Of a stretch of 64,000 nucleotides of DNA, positions 40,959-50,060 are shown in pieces. The translations under genes were made by a program, and so were the position numbers. Location of the stretch: positions 416,001-480,000 of the forward strand of contig JBOEGF010000010.1 in NCBI GenBank assembly GCA_050633305.1, written 5' to 3'. The DNA comes from Nannocystales bacterium. Its GTDB lineage: Bacteria > Myxococcota_A > Polyangia > Nannocystales > Nannocystaceae. Under the pieces are notes generated by a model that was not told where the DNA came from, made no database searches, and saw nothing but the letters and a program-made list of their open reading frames with translations. Numbering within the stretch: position 1 is the first letter of the stretch; every line of letters starts with the position of its first letter.

Positions 40959-41408
40959 ATGTCGAACAAGTTGTTTGTCGGTGGCCTGAGCTGGGACACG
41001 AATGATGCGGGCCTACGAGACGCATTTACGGCTTTTGGAGAAGTCGTGGAGGCCAAGGTCATCAACGATCGAGAGACGGGACGCTCCCGAGGCTTCGGCT
41101 TCGTGACGTTTACGGACGCGACCGCAGCGAAAACCGCGGTCACAGAGATGGACGGGAAGAGCCTTGATGGCCGCGCCGTCCGTGTGAGCATTGCCGAAGA
41201 GCGCAAGCCCCGAGGTGGCGGTGGCGGACGCGGCGGCGGCGGTGGTGGACGTGGTGGCGGTGGCGGTGGCGGTGGCGGTGGCGGCTACCGTGAGGAACGC
41301 GGCGGTCGCGAGAGCCGCGACGGCGACCGAAGAGACCGAAACCAAGGACACCGCCGTGGTGGACGTGGCGGTGGAGATCGAGGCGGCGGCGGAAACTACA
41401 ACTGGTAG
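40959..41408 (+). CDS. Glycine-rich RRM RNA-binding protein
   Basis: KLFVGGL, RGFGFVTF, G/RGG tail. Confidence 0.93.
   Translation: MSNKLFVGGLSWDTNDAGLRDAFTAFGEVVEAKVINDRETGRSRGFGFVTFTDATAAKTAVTEMDGKSLDGRAVRVSIAEERKPRGGGGGRGGGGGGRGGGGGGGGGGGYREERGGRESRDGDRRDRNQGHRRGGRGGGDRGGGGNYNW
41214..41285 (+). repeat. GGC/GGT poly-Gly coding repeat
   Basis: Tandem GGCGGT units. Confidence 0.8.
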
Positions 41409-41433
41409 TTCCGCTTCGCGCTTTGCGAAGACG

Positions 41434-41469
41434 GCGGCCGTTCCTTCCGCGAAGGGGCGGCCGCTTTTT
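41434..41469 (+). terminator. Rho-independent terminator
   Basis: GCGGCCGTTCCTTC-CGC-GAAGGGGCGGCCGC followed by TTTTT. Confidence 0.85.
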
Positions 41470-41481
41470 CTGTATCGCGGC

Positions 41482-42087
41482 TCAGTTGGTCGGGAGCGTT
41501 TGTTCGAAGCTCTCGTGTTTTCCCCAGTGCTCCGCCAGCTCGACGAGTTTGGGGTGCTTCGAGACGTCGTAGGTGCCTCGGAACCGCATCCAGTCGATGG
41601 TGGTGACCATCGCAACTTCGGGAAGCCCGAGCTGCTGGACCTGCGACAGCCACGGACCCGTCGCCCATTGCTCGAGCCACGTCATGGCGCTGCGGGCTCG
41701 TTCCTGTTGCTTGCGAGCGTAGGCCGAAGCTTCTGGCGTGACGCCGTCGCGCGCCAGATAGAAGGCGTTGATGAGGGCGTCGAGCGCTCCGTCTATGACG
41801 GAGAGTAGGTTGCGCGTGTGGACGTTGTCGCTGTGAAAGCCCGCCATCGTGCCGGGGCCGTGGTTGTGCAGCAGATACTCGCAGATCGTGGCCGAGTCGA
41901 GGATGCTCAGCTCGCCGACGGTCGCCGTCGGTACCTTCCAGATCGGGTTGACCGCACGCATGTGCGCCTGGCCATCATCCTCGAATGTGTTCACGAGCTC
42001 GACATCCACACCGAGCTCTTGGGCGATGACGCGGACGCGTCGAACATACGGGGAGGTGGTGGTGCCGTAGACGGTCAACGCGCTCAT
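41482..42087 (-). CDS. Glutathione S-transferase family protein
   Basis: TSPYVRRVR, NPIWKVP, DSATICEYL. Confidence 0.88.
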   Translation of the reverse strand: MSALTVYGTTTSPYVRRVRVIAQELGVDVELVNTFEDDGQAHMRAVNPIWKVPTATVGELSILDSATICEYLLHNHGPGTMAGFHSDNVHTRNLLSVIDGALDALINAFYLARDGVTPEASAYARKQQERARSAMTWLEQWATGPWLSQVQQLGLPEVAMVTTIDWMRFRGTYDVSKHPKLVELAEHWGKHESFEQTLPTN

Positions 42088-42142
42088 CGCCCGGGAGCTT
42101 GCCACCGCACTCTGGACGGCGCCAGACTGGCGGGAGGCCCCT

Positions 42143-42832
42143 CTATTGGACGCAGGCGCAGGCGCAGACGGCTTCGATCTCGTCTTGAAGCGTCCACCCA
42201 TCCCCCGTGGTCCCGCCACCGCTGCCTCCGCTGGTGCCCCCGTCTCCCGAATCGCCGACCGACGCGGATGCCCCGCTCTCCGCGCCACTCGAGCTGCCGG
42301 AGCCGACACTCGTCCCGAGGGTCTCCGCCGGATCGCCCGACCACGGACACGGCGTGAACGCGCTGAGCCCGTAACACAGGTTCGTGGCGTCAACGAGTTC
42401 CACGCTGCCGTCGACGACCCGGTAGTACCAGCTGACTCCTTCAGGACAGCTCGCCTCCGGTTGGAAGCAACCGTCCAGGCCCTCCTCGATGACGCAGGCC
42501 CCGCTACCCGTCGCCCACGAGTCGCACGAAAGGACATCGTGACCGTAGGTCGGGTACCAGCTGCACTGCTCGAAGTTGGGGTCACTCGCGGCGGCACACG
42601 ACTGTGCGTCGTAGGCGTCCTGACATCCGAACTCGGGGGTCCCCGAACTGGACGAGCCCGATGTGGTCGCCGAGCCTGGTGCCTCTCCGCTGGAACCGCT
42701 GGAGCCCTGGACGGGGTCGGGTTCTCCGGTGGAGGTCCCCGTCTCGTTGGATACGCGTTGCGGGACAGGAGGGTCGGAGAAACACGCGGCACAGCCGGCG
42801 GTGAGGAGGAGTAAGCCAAATCGCAAGGTCAT
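42143..42832 (-). CDS. Cys-rich lipoprotein with Ser/Gly stalks
   Basis: Lipobox-like GCAAC; stalks; terminal CACAC. Confidence 0.7.
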   Translation of the reverse strand: MTLRFGLLLLTAGCAACFSDPPVPQRVSNETGTSTGEPDPVQGSSGSSGEAPGSATTSGSSSSGTPEFGCQDAYDAQSCAAASDPNFEQCSWYPTYGHDVLSCDSWATGSGACVIEEGLDGCFQPEASCPEGVSWYYRVVDGSVELVDATNLCYGLSAFTPCPWSGDPAETLGTSVGSGSSSGAESGASASVGDSGDGGTSGGSGGGTTGDGWTLQDEIEAVCACACVQ

Positions 42833-42842
42833 ATCCGCTGCA

Positions 42843-42869
42843 ATGGCCGGAAGCCGGGGAACCCGTCAC
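42843..42869 (-). promoter_or_regulatory. Putative ECF promoter (GTGACGGG-N13-GGCCAT)
   Basis: Both boxes and the spacing are identical to 14016-14042. Confidence 0.6.
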
Positions 42870-42919
42870 GGGTGCGCCAAAAAATCGGAGCTTCGCACGG
42901 TGCATGCTACGGCGATCCT

Positions 42920-43720
42920 GTGAAGGCTCGTTTGCTCCTCCCTCTGGTGTGGCTCGCCGCGTGTGCGCAGCCGCCCGCCGAGTCGAGCGAGCCCGACCTG
43001 ACCGTTCCTGACGCGGTCGAGATCGACGACTACCCCGGCTCGCCCCGAGACCTCTTCGCGGAATTCGATCCGATGCCCGGGGGCGCCGTGACGGTGGAGT
43101 ACGCGGTGACCGGTCCAGGTGGGATGGCAGGAACGATGACGGTGACCGCGGCGGCCGGGGCTCGACGAGCCGAACAGTGGTCGCTGTCGATGCCGATGCC
43201 GGGTGCTGAGGCCGTGGAGATCCGCGGAGCGTCGATTCAAACCCCCGCGCAGTCGTGGACCGACGCCGCGGAGGGATCAGCCGAGCTTGTTGCGCTCCCC
43301 TTGGGACGGGTTGGTCAGCGATTCTTTTCCCTCGATGTAGACACCCAGCACGCGATCGTCGACCACGTTCGGACCTGGCACACCGAGGTGCTCCAGGGCC
43401 GTCAGGCGCATCCCGGAACGATGGACGCGGTGGCGGGCAGGCCTTGCCTACGAAGCCAAACCGCAGGCCAGTCGTTGTGTGTCTGGGAGCAGACCGGGTT
43501 GCCGCTGGAGTATCGTTCGGAGGCGTTCACACTCGTCGCAACCGAGGTCCTCGAAGGCGTCCTGGTGGATGAGACGACGTTCGAAATCCCCGGTGGCGCG
43601 CAGCGAAAAGCGGACGCACTCGAGGCTTTCGATGTGAAGAAGAGCCTCGAGAAGCTGGCTGCTGGAGACCTGGCTGAACTTCCCGGACTCCTGCAACCGC
43701 GCCTTCGTCTGACCGGCTGA
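42920..43720 (+). CDS. Hypothetical lipoprotein
   Basis: Lipobox WLAAC. Confidence 0.65.
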   Translation: MKARLLLPLVWLAACAQPPAESSEPDLTVPDAVEIDDYPGSPRDLFAEFDPMPGGAVTVEYAVTGPGGMAGTMTVTAAAGARRAEQWSLSMPMPGAEAVEIRGASIQTPAQSWTDAAEGSAELVALPLGRVGQRFFSLDVDTQHAIVDHVRTWHTEVLQGRQAHPGTMDAVAGRPCLRSQTAGQSLCVWEQTGLPLEYRSEAFTLVATEVLEGVLVDETTFEIPGGAQRKADALEAFDVKKSLEKLAAGDLAELPGLLQPRLRLTG

Positions 43721-43798
43721 GCGTCCGCGAGGTTGGGGCCGTCGCTGAGAGCCCGGCCCGCGCACGCCGCCGAGGATGTGCTCTACACTGCCGACACC

Positions 43799-44173
43799 GT
43801 GGCAGACGAAGATCGCATCCAGTCGTTCGCGGAGTTTTGGCCGTACTACATCGGAGAGCACCGCGATCCGACCTGCCGAGGTCTGCACTACGTGGGCAGC
43901 ACGATGGCCGTCAGTTCGGCTGTGTCGGCCGTGGTCTTCGGCAACCCGTGGCTGGTCCTCCTCGGCTTCGTCTTGGGCTATGGCCCTGCTTGGGTAGGCC
44001 ACTTCTTCATCGAGCACAACCGCCCCGCAACGTTCAAGTACCCGCTGTGGTCACTCGCGTCCGACTTCAAGATGCTGTTGTATTTTGTGACCGGCAGGAT
44101 GGGTGCGGAGATGGAGCGGTTGTATGGCAGCCGAGCCCCGGCCAAGGACGCACCGCTGCGCACGAGCACCTAG
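43799..44173 (+). CDS. DUF962 (Mpo1-like) membrane protein
   Basis: FAEFWPYYIGEH...LHYVG...AWVGHFFIEHNRPATFKYP. Confidence 0.88.
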   Translation: MADEDRIQSFAEFWPYYIGEHRDPTCRGLHYVGSTMAVSSAVSAVVFGNPWLVLLGFVLGYGPAWVGHFFIEHNRPATFKYPLWSLASDFKMLLYFVTGRMGAEMERLYGSRAPAKDAPLRTST

Positions 44174-44396
44174 CGGCCGTTCGCAGTGACGGCCTGCTCG
44201 TGTCGCGCGGAGCATGAATCCGTCGCACGTGAACGACGGCCCCGAACACGGCCGAGCGAAACCGATGCGTTGATGTGCGGGTCGCGGACACCCTGAGGTT
44301 CGGATCCGCTCATGACTCGGTTGCGCCGCGCATCCAAGCCGGCCTGCAGGTGCAACAATCGTTTTTGGCTGCGCTGTCTGCGGTACTATCGTCATC

Positions 44397-46259
44397 GTGA
44401 CGTCGGCTCACGATCCTGCCGGGGGTTCGCGGGCAGCCACCACCCCCAAAGAGGCGTCCACGCGTGCTTTCTCCGAGTACCTGCGGGTGCTGGAGGATCA
44501 CGGCGTCGACCTCGAGCCGTTGTGCGACGGCTTGCCCGTGACGGTCGCGGAACTCCGCCGGACCGACGGCTGGATGGCGTGGGACACGTCATGCGAACTG
44601 CTCGAGCGGATTCCCCGGATGCTGGGCGGGGACAAGCCGTGGGCTGTGCTCGCCGGTGCGGTCGTCACGAGGCCGAAGGCGTGGCGGATGGTCCAGGTGG
44701 CGATCGGCCCCATGCAGCTGTACCGCTTGACCGCCAGCTTTACCGCGTCGCGCCTGTGGCCCATCCACCGGGCCGAAGTCCAGGTGCTCGGACCGACGCG
44801 GCTTCACATCGAGCTGTTTCTTCCCGAGGACGTTCGCGGAAGTGAGGACTTCTTCGTTGTCGCCAGCGAGATCTTCCGTGCTCTCCCGACGGCGCTGGGA
44901 CTCCCTCATGCCCGGGTCGAGGCGAAGACGGGGACGCATCACGGCGAATACGACATCCTCGTCCCGGACTCGATGACGCTGTTTGCCCGAATCAAGCGAC
45001 GGGCGGCGTTGGTCTTGGGCGAGGACCCCACCACGGAGCTGCTCGACCACCAGCGAGCGCTCAACGATAGCTACGATGCGCTCTCGCGCGCCCATGCCGA
45101 TCTCGAGAAGCGGCAAGGAGCACTGCTTGCAGAGATCGAAGAGCGACGCCGGACTGAGCGAGCACTCCGTGAACGCGACGAGCAGCTGCAGCAGTCACAG
45201 AAGCTCGAGCTCGTGGGCCAGCTCGCTTCTGGAATCGCGCACGACTTCAACAACTTGCTGACCGTCATGAGCGGCTGCACCGAGCTCCTGTCGAGCTACG
45301 TCGACGCGGCCGACGGACGGGTCCTCCTCGAGGACCTCCGTGGCACCTTGGAACCCTCGGGGCGCCTCATCGCCCAGCTCCTCACCTTTACGGCCGGACG
45401 AAGCGTCGAACCGCGTCGTGTCTGCCTGTGCGGTGCACTCGAAAGTCAGCGCGCCATGCTGGAGCGGGTGACCAGCGGGTTGGATCTCGTGCTCGAGGTG
45501 CCAGACGAGCTGCCCTGCATTTTTGTCGCGCCCTCGCACCTCGACCAGATCGTGCTCAACCTGGTTGTCAACGCGCGGGACGCGATCTCTGCTGAAGGAA
45601 CGATTCACATCTCCGCACGGATGGCGGACGGGATGGTCGCGCTCGAGGTTGCCGACGATGGCGTCGGGATGACTGAGGAGGTCCGGGGCAAGGTGTTCGA
45701 TCCGTTCTTCACCACGAAGGATGCCAACGGGACTGGCTTGGGGCTGGCGACCGTCAAGACCTTGGTGGACGAGTGCGGCGGCGCAATCGATCTGCATTCC
45801 ACGCCCGGGGTTGGCACCCGGTTCGTCGTCTCATTCCCTCCCGTCGAAGGGGTCCCCGACACTTTTGTCGGCAGCGAGAGCTCGGGGGACGTGCGGGCGC
45901 GTCCGGGGGAGACGGTCTTGCTCGTGGACGATGACCCCATCCTGCTTCGGTTGCTCGGGCCTTCGCTCGAGCGAGCCGGGTTCCGGACGTACACGGCTCG
46001 CGGCTTGACCGAAGCCCAGCGGATTCTCGACGTGCTCGATCGTCCGCTGGACCTGCTGATCACGGACATCAACCTACGGCGTCGTCGTGGCACACAACTC
46101 GCAGAGCTCGCTCGAGAGCGCTTCTCTGAGGTGGTTGTCGTCTACATTTCGGGCGCTGAGGGGGCCCCGGACGACCCTGGTTCTCACTTCATCGCGAAGC
46201 CCTTCGGACCTTCACGGCTGCTTGAGTTTGCCCGGGCCGCCCTCGACGACGCCCTCTGA
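44397..46259 (+). CDS. Cytoplasmic hybrid histidine kinase/response regulator
   Basis: GIAHDFNNLL, NLVVNARDA, DDGVGM, PFFTTK, GTGLGL; C-terminal receiver. Confidence 0.92.
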   Translation: MTSAHDPAGGSRAATTPKEASTRAFSEYLRVLEDHGVDLEPLCDGLPVTVAELRRTDGWMAWDTSCELLERIPRMLGGDKPWAVLAGAVVTRPKAWRMVQVAIGPMQLYRLTASFTASRLWPIHRAEVQVLGPTRLHIELFLPEDVRGSEDFFVVASEIFRALPTALGLPHARVEAKTGTHHGEYDILVPDSMTLFARIKRRAALVLGEDPTTELLDHQRALNDSYDALSRAHADLEKRQGALLAEIEERRRTERALRERDEQLQQSQKLELVGQLASGIAHDFNNLLTVMSGCTELLSSYVDAADGRVLLEDLRGTLEPSGRLIAQLLTFTAGRSVEPRRVCLCGALESQRAMLERVTSGLDLVLEVPDELPCIFVAPSHLDQIVLNLVVNARDAISAEGTIHISARMADGMVALEVADDGVGMTEEVRGKVFDPFFTTKDANGTGLGLATVKTLVDECGGAIDLHSTPGVGTRFVVSFPPVEGVPDTFVGSESSGDVRARPGETVLLVDDDPILLRLLGPSLERAGFRTYTARGLTEAQRILDVLDRPLDLLITDINLRRRRGTQLAELARERFSEVVVVYISGAEGAPDDPGSHFIAKPFGPSRLLEFARAALDDAL

Positions 46260-46484
46260 GCCGCTGGACGGCGAGCGTAGCGCTGCGGTCAAGGCGTCCA
46301 CGAGAACGTGGGCACGTCGCGGGCGCGAGCGCCGGTCACGACGACCGACAACTCCCGACGGCCGTCGTGAAAGCACCACTCCCGGTCGAGGTGCCGGCCG
46401 AACCGCATCCGCAGACAGTTGTGTTCCCGCAGGTCGGCCCGCGGACGCATGAGGGTGCTGCCGGTCGACGACTGCGAGCCGTCA

Positions 46485-47930
46485 TCACTCCCAGAGTTCG
46501 GACAGCGGTCCCTCGGCGACGCGGGTTCCGGGATCCGCGTGTCCGAAGTCGTCGACCGCCTCTCCTGCACCGTGGAGCATCGAGTTGAAGACGTTCGACG
46601 TTTGGCGGTTGTTGTCGCGGTCGACCCGGGGGAAGGCGACGGCACGACCGTCGGTCTTGAAGCCCATGTTTGATCCGCCGAGCAAGAGCATCGCCCACTC
46701 CTCGGCCACCGAGTGGTGCTTCTCGCCGTTGTCCGACATGTACAGCAGGAGGGTGTTGTCCAACATCGTCCCGCCGTCCTCGGGGATGGCGTCGAGTTCG
46801 CGGGCGACGTTGCACATCTGACCGACGTAGCGACGGCTGAGCTCGGCGAGCACGTTCGCGGCGTCGGGGGAGCCCGAGTGGCGCAGGTCGTGCCCGCCGA
46901 TGAGCGTCCCGTTGGGGTAGAGGTTGGAGAGTGTTGGGTACTGCTGCGACCAGAGGTATCCACCTGCGCCCATGGAGACGACCACAACGTTCGTCAATCC
47001 GCCGATGAGGGCCCGCGTCGCGATGTCGACCTGAAGGTTGAGCCGATCGAGTGGAGCGGTGGACGTGTACGGGTCGGGGTCCAACTCGCCGGGTTCGGGC
47101 GGCTTGACCGCCTGGAGGGCCTCGTTCATGCCGATGATCTGCTCATCGCGGGTCATCAGGTCGGCAAGAGAGGCCTCGAAGGTCTCGAGTTTCGCGCGCC
47201 CACGGCTGGATCCGGAGAGCGCCTCGAAGCTGGCCTCGACGTCGTCCATCGCGTAGTCGAGCAGGGCTCTGCGCGCCGCGAACGCCTCGGCGGCGGCACC
47301 GGTCGCGACCGAACCAAACAGCGTGCTGAAGGACGCCGCGGGATCGAGCAGGACCGGGGCGGGCTCGTCGGAGTCGAAGGCGCAGGTCAGGTAGTTCAGC
47401 GGGTTGCCTGAGGCTCCTGTTCCGACTCGGACGACGTCGAAGGGGGTGTTCCCTCGGACGCCCGCAAGCCCGCCCAGGACAGCGTCGATGCTGGCGTGGT
47501 CCGGGCCGCCGCGTCCGGGCGATGCCGTGAGTGCGCCATGGTTCGTGGAGTGGCCGCCGCCCAGGTAGGTTCCCGAGAGGCCGAGCAGCACAGCGGCCTT
47601 GTCCGTGAGGGATGGGCCCGACTCACCGGCGGCGAGCGCCGACAGAGATCGCGCCTCGCTCAGCGGCGCGCCGGCGGTGAGGATGACGTCGTTGTGGTTG
47701 TAATCGCGGTTGGTGGTGACGGCGCCGCCTGCCGCCGACTCGAGGGCGGAGAGGGTCTGGGGGTCGGTGAAGTTTAGCGGGCGCGTACCGTTGCCTTCGA
47801 CGAAGATGACGAAGCGGCGGGGTGACCCGCCCCCGTGATGGGCAGGCTTGCGATCGACAAAGGACGCTCCGCTCAGCAGCGCGCTGGAGGTGAGCAGTCC
47901 GGAGAAATGGAGAAAGTCTCTACGGTTCAT
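46485..47930 (-). CDS. DUF1552 domain protein with Tat signal
   Basis: MNRRDFL; GGTMLDNTLLLYMSDNGEKHH. Confidence 0.8.
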   Translation of the reverse strand: MNRRDFLHFSGLLTSSALLSGASFVDRKPAHHGGGSPRRFVIFVEGNGTRPLNFTDPQTLSALESAAGGAVTTNRDYNHNDVILTAGAPLSEARSLSALAAGESGPSLTDKAAVLLGLSGTYLGGGHSTNHGALTASPGRGGPDHASIDAVLGGLAGVRGNTPFDVVRVGTGASGNPLNYLTCAFDSDEPAPVLLDPAASFSTLFGSVATGAAAEAFAARRALLDYAMDDVEASFEALSGSSRGRAKLETFEASLADLMTRDEQIIGMNEALQAVKPPEPGELDPDPYTSTAPLDRLNLQVDIATRALIGGLTNVVVVSMGAGGYLWSQQYPTLSNLYPNGTLIGGHDLRHSGSPDAANVLAELSRRYVGQMCNVARELDAIPEDGGTMLDNTLLLYMSDNGEKHHSVAEEWAMLLLGGSNMGFKTDGRAVAFPRVDRDNNRQTSNVFNSMLHGAGEAVDDFGHADPGTRVAEGPLSELWE

Positions 47931-47938
47931 CGGGCACC

Positions 47939-50017
47939 TCAGTTGGGGACGCGGCACGTGAAGCTCTCGCTGGTGAACAACACCGCGAGCATTTCGGCGA
48001 GGGACCCTCCGCTGTCGTCATAGGCTTCTTCGAGCGCGACGAACGTGCATCGGTCGTGGATGGTTTCTTCGCGCCCTGCGAAGTAGCGGAAGGTCTGCCG
48101 GATGAAGCAGCGTTTGACCCACTGCGACTCGGCGAACTTCTGGCTCATGTCCAGAGCACTGGTGACCGGCCCGCCCAGTTCGGCGGAGGGCATGAGGATG
48201 AGCTCGCTCGATCCGTCGGGCGAACCGCCGTGGTCTTCGACTCGCACGAATCCAGCGTGGTTGTAGATCTCGAACGGGTACCCCAGCGGATTCATCATGT
48301 TGTGGCAACCCGCGCAGTAGTCGTCTTCGTCGATCTGCTCGACCATCCGCTGGCGTGCGGATTGTTCGAGCGACGCTTCGGACAGGGCGGCATCCACAGT
48401 GAGAGGGATGTCGGGGATGTCTTGGCACAGCAGCTCCTCGCGAATCCACTTGCCACGGTGGATCGCGTTGGGGTCGTTTTCCGCCGCGAGGGAGTGCGCG
48501 CCTAGCCATGCCGGGTGGGTCAGGACGCCCGAGCGCTCGTCCGCAGGCAGCTCCTTCCATCGGTCCTCGCGCGTGTGCGGCGTAACGCCCTCGACGTTGT
48601 ACACACGGCTCATCTCGGCGGTGGTGTTGGAGACCGACGAGTCCTGATAGTCCGCTGTTGCCGGGGTGTAGAACATGCGCGAAGTCAGGAGCTTCGCCAG
48701 CAGGTCCGAGTCCTCCGCGAGGATCCGGGCGATCATGTCGTCGAGGTGATCGGTGAGGGTGTTTTCGTAGCCGTTGCCGCCCCCGACCGCGTTGCCGTAG
48801 CTGAGCTCGACCACGCCGCCGGACCACGCTGAGGTCTCCGACACCTCGACCTTGGGGATGGCACCGACGTCCTCATAGCCCAGCCATTCGCGGAAGAAAC
48901 GGCGGACTCCGATCGCCATTCCGAACTCTCCGCGGTTATCCCAGTGGCGGCTGTCTCCGCGGTCATGGCGGAGGTCGAGGCGCTCCTCGTCGAGGCCGCC
49001 GATGTACTGGTGGACGAGGCTGCGGACGGTCTCGAGGTCGGTGATCGTCCCGTCCTCCGCCGCCTCAGCAAAGCCGGAGAGGTACCCGTTGACGTCGCCG
49101 AGGGTGTGGACCTCGTGCGCACGCCGAACGCTGGGGACGCGGGGAGCACTTCCACCGATCGCGTACGCCATCGCTTGGGCAAGTTCCCAATCGGTCAGGT
49201 GTGTACGACCGTGTTCATCGAGCTCCCCTGATCCGACCTCGGTGCGGTGAAGCGCTCCGGCACTCATCCAGGCTGCGGCCGCGACCTTCCGAATCGTGGC
49301 TGCGCGCTCCTGAGGGCTGGTTTCATCGGCGAGCGCTTCTTGGGTGAAGCTGACGAGTCGGTCCACTTCGTCCTCAGTTGCGGGTCGGAAGTGGGAGCCA
49401 CGCTCCAGGTATCGCTGCGCGAAGTACCGCACACACTCTGCGCTGGGCGACGCCTCATCGTGAAAGCAAAGCGTCTGGGGGTCGTTGACGACCGTCGCGT
49501 TGGCGTTGGAGTCGTACGACCTCGCGCCGGTCCACGATGTTCCCGCTTCGCCGACGGTGTCGAGGTACAGGCTCAGAATGCTGGAGTCGACGGACTCCGT
49601 GGAGCTGAACGTCGAGTACCGATCCTCAGCGCGCGCGTAGAAGGGGTTTCTGTCCCGGTTGGTGCCGTACCAGGCTCCAACATTGCGGGTCCACTCGTCG
49701 TGATCGATCAGCCGGATGTCGGCGGAAGGAAGGGCCGGGGAACCGTCGCACATGAACAACTCGTCCTGGTCGACTTCGTTTCCCGATGGTGTGTCCTCCC
49801 CGTCGTCATCGTCCTCGTCATCGCCCCCGCTGGTGTCGTCTGCGGCCCCTTGGCTGCCACTCGCTTCGTCGAGCCCACCGCTTCCTGGACCTTCGGCGGT
49901 GCCCGTGTCGTCGGCGCTGTCGGTACCCGACCCGCTGTGGCTCCCCCCTTGGTGACAACCGACACCCGCCAGCAGCGCAATCGACGCGGTGCCCAGCGGC
50001 TTCCAAACCTTCAGCAT
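47939..50017 (-). CDS. DUF1592/DUF1588/DUF1585-type lipoprotein with CxxCH motif
   Basis: Lipobox AGVGC; RSGVLTHPAWL, IHRGKWIREELLC, CAGCH, FRYFAGR. Confidence 0.8.
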   Translation of the reverse strand: MLKVWKPLGTASIALLAGVGCHQGGSHSGSGTDSADDTGTAEGPGSGGLDEASGSQGAADDTSGGDDEDDDDGEDTPSGNEVDQDELFMCDGSPALPSADIRLIDHDEWTRNVGAWYGTNRDRNPFYARAEDRYSTFSSTESVDSSILSLYLDTVGEAGTSWTGARSYDSNANATVVNDPQTLCFHDEASPSAECVRYFAQRYLERGSHFRPATEDEVDRLVSFTQEALADETSPQERAATIRKVAAAAWMSAGALHRTEVGSGELDEHGRTHLTDWELAQAMAYAIGGSAPRVPSVRRAHEVHTLGDVNGYLSGFAEAAEDGTITDLETVRSLVHQYIGGLDEERLDLRHDRGDSRHWDNRGEFGMAIGVRRFFREWLGYEDVGAIPKVEVSETSAWSGGVVELSYGNAVGGGNGYENTLTDHLDDMIARILAEDSDLLAKLLTSRMFYTPATADYQDSSVSNTTAEMSRVYNVEGVTPHTREDRWKELPADERSGVLTHPAWLGAHSLAAENDPNAIHRGKWIREELLCQDIPDIPLTVDAALSEASLEQSARQRMVEQIDEDDYCAGCHNMMNPLGYPFEIYNHAGFVRVEDHGGSPDGSSELILMPSAELGGPVTSALDMSQKFAESQWVKRCFIRQTFRYFAGREETIHDRCTFVALEEAYDDSGGSLAEMLAVLFTSESFTCRVPN

Positions 50018-50060
50018 GTCCGCTGAGTCGTGAATGAAGCCGCCTCATCCACGAAAAACT

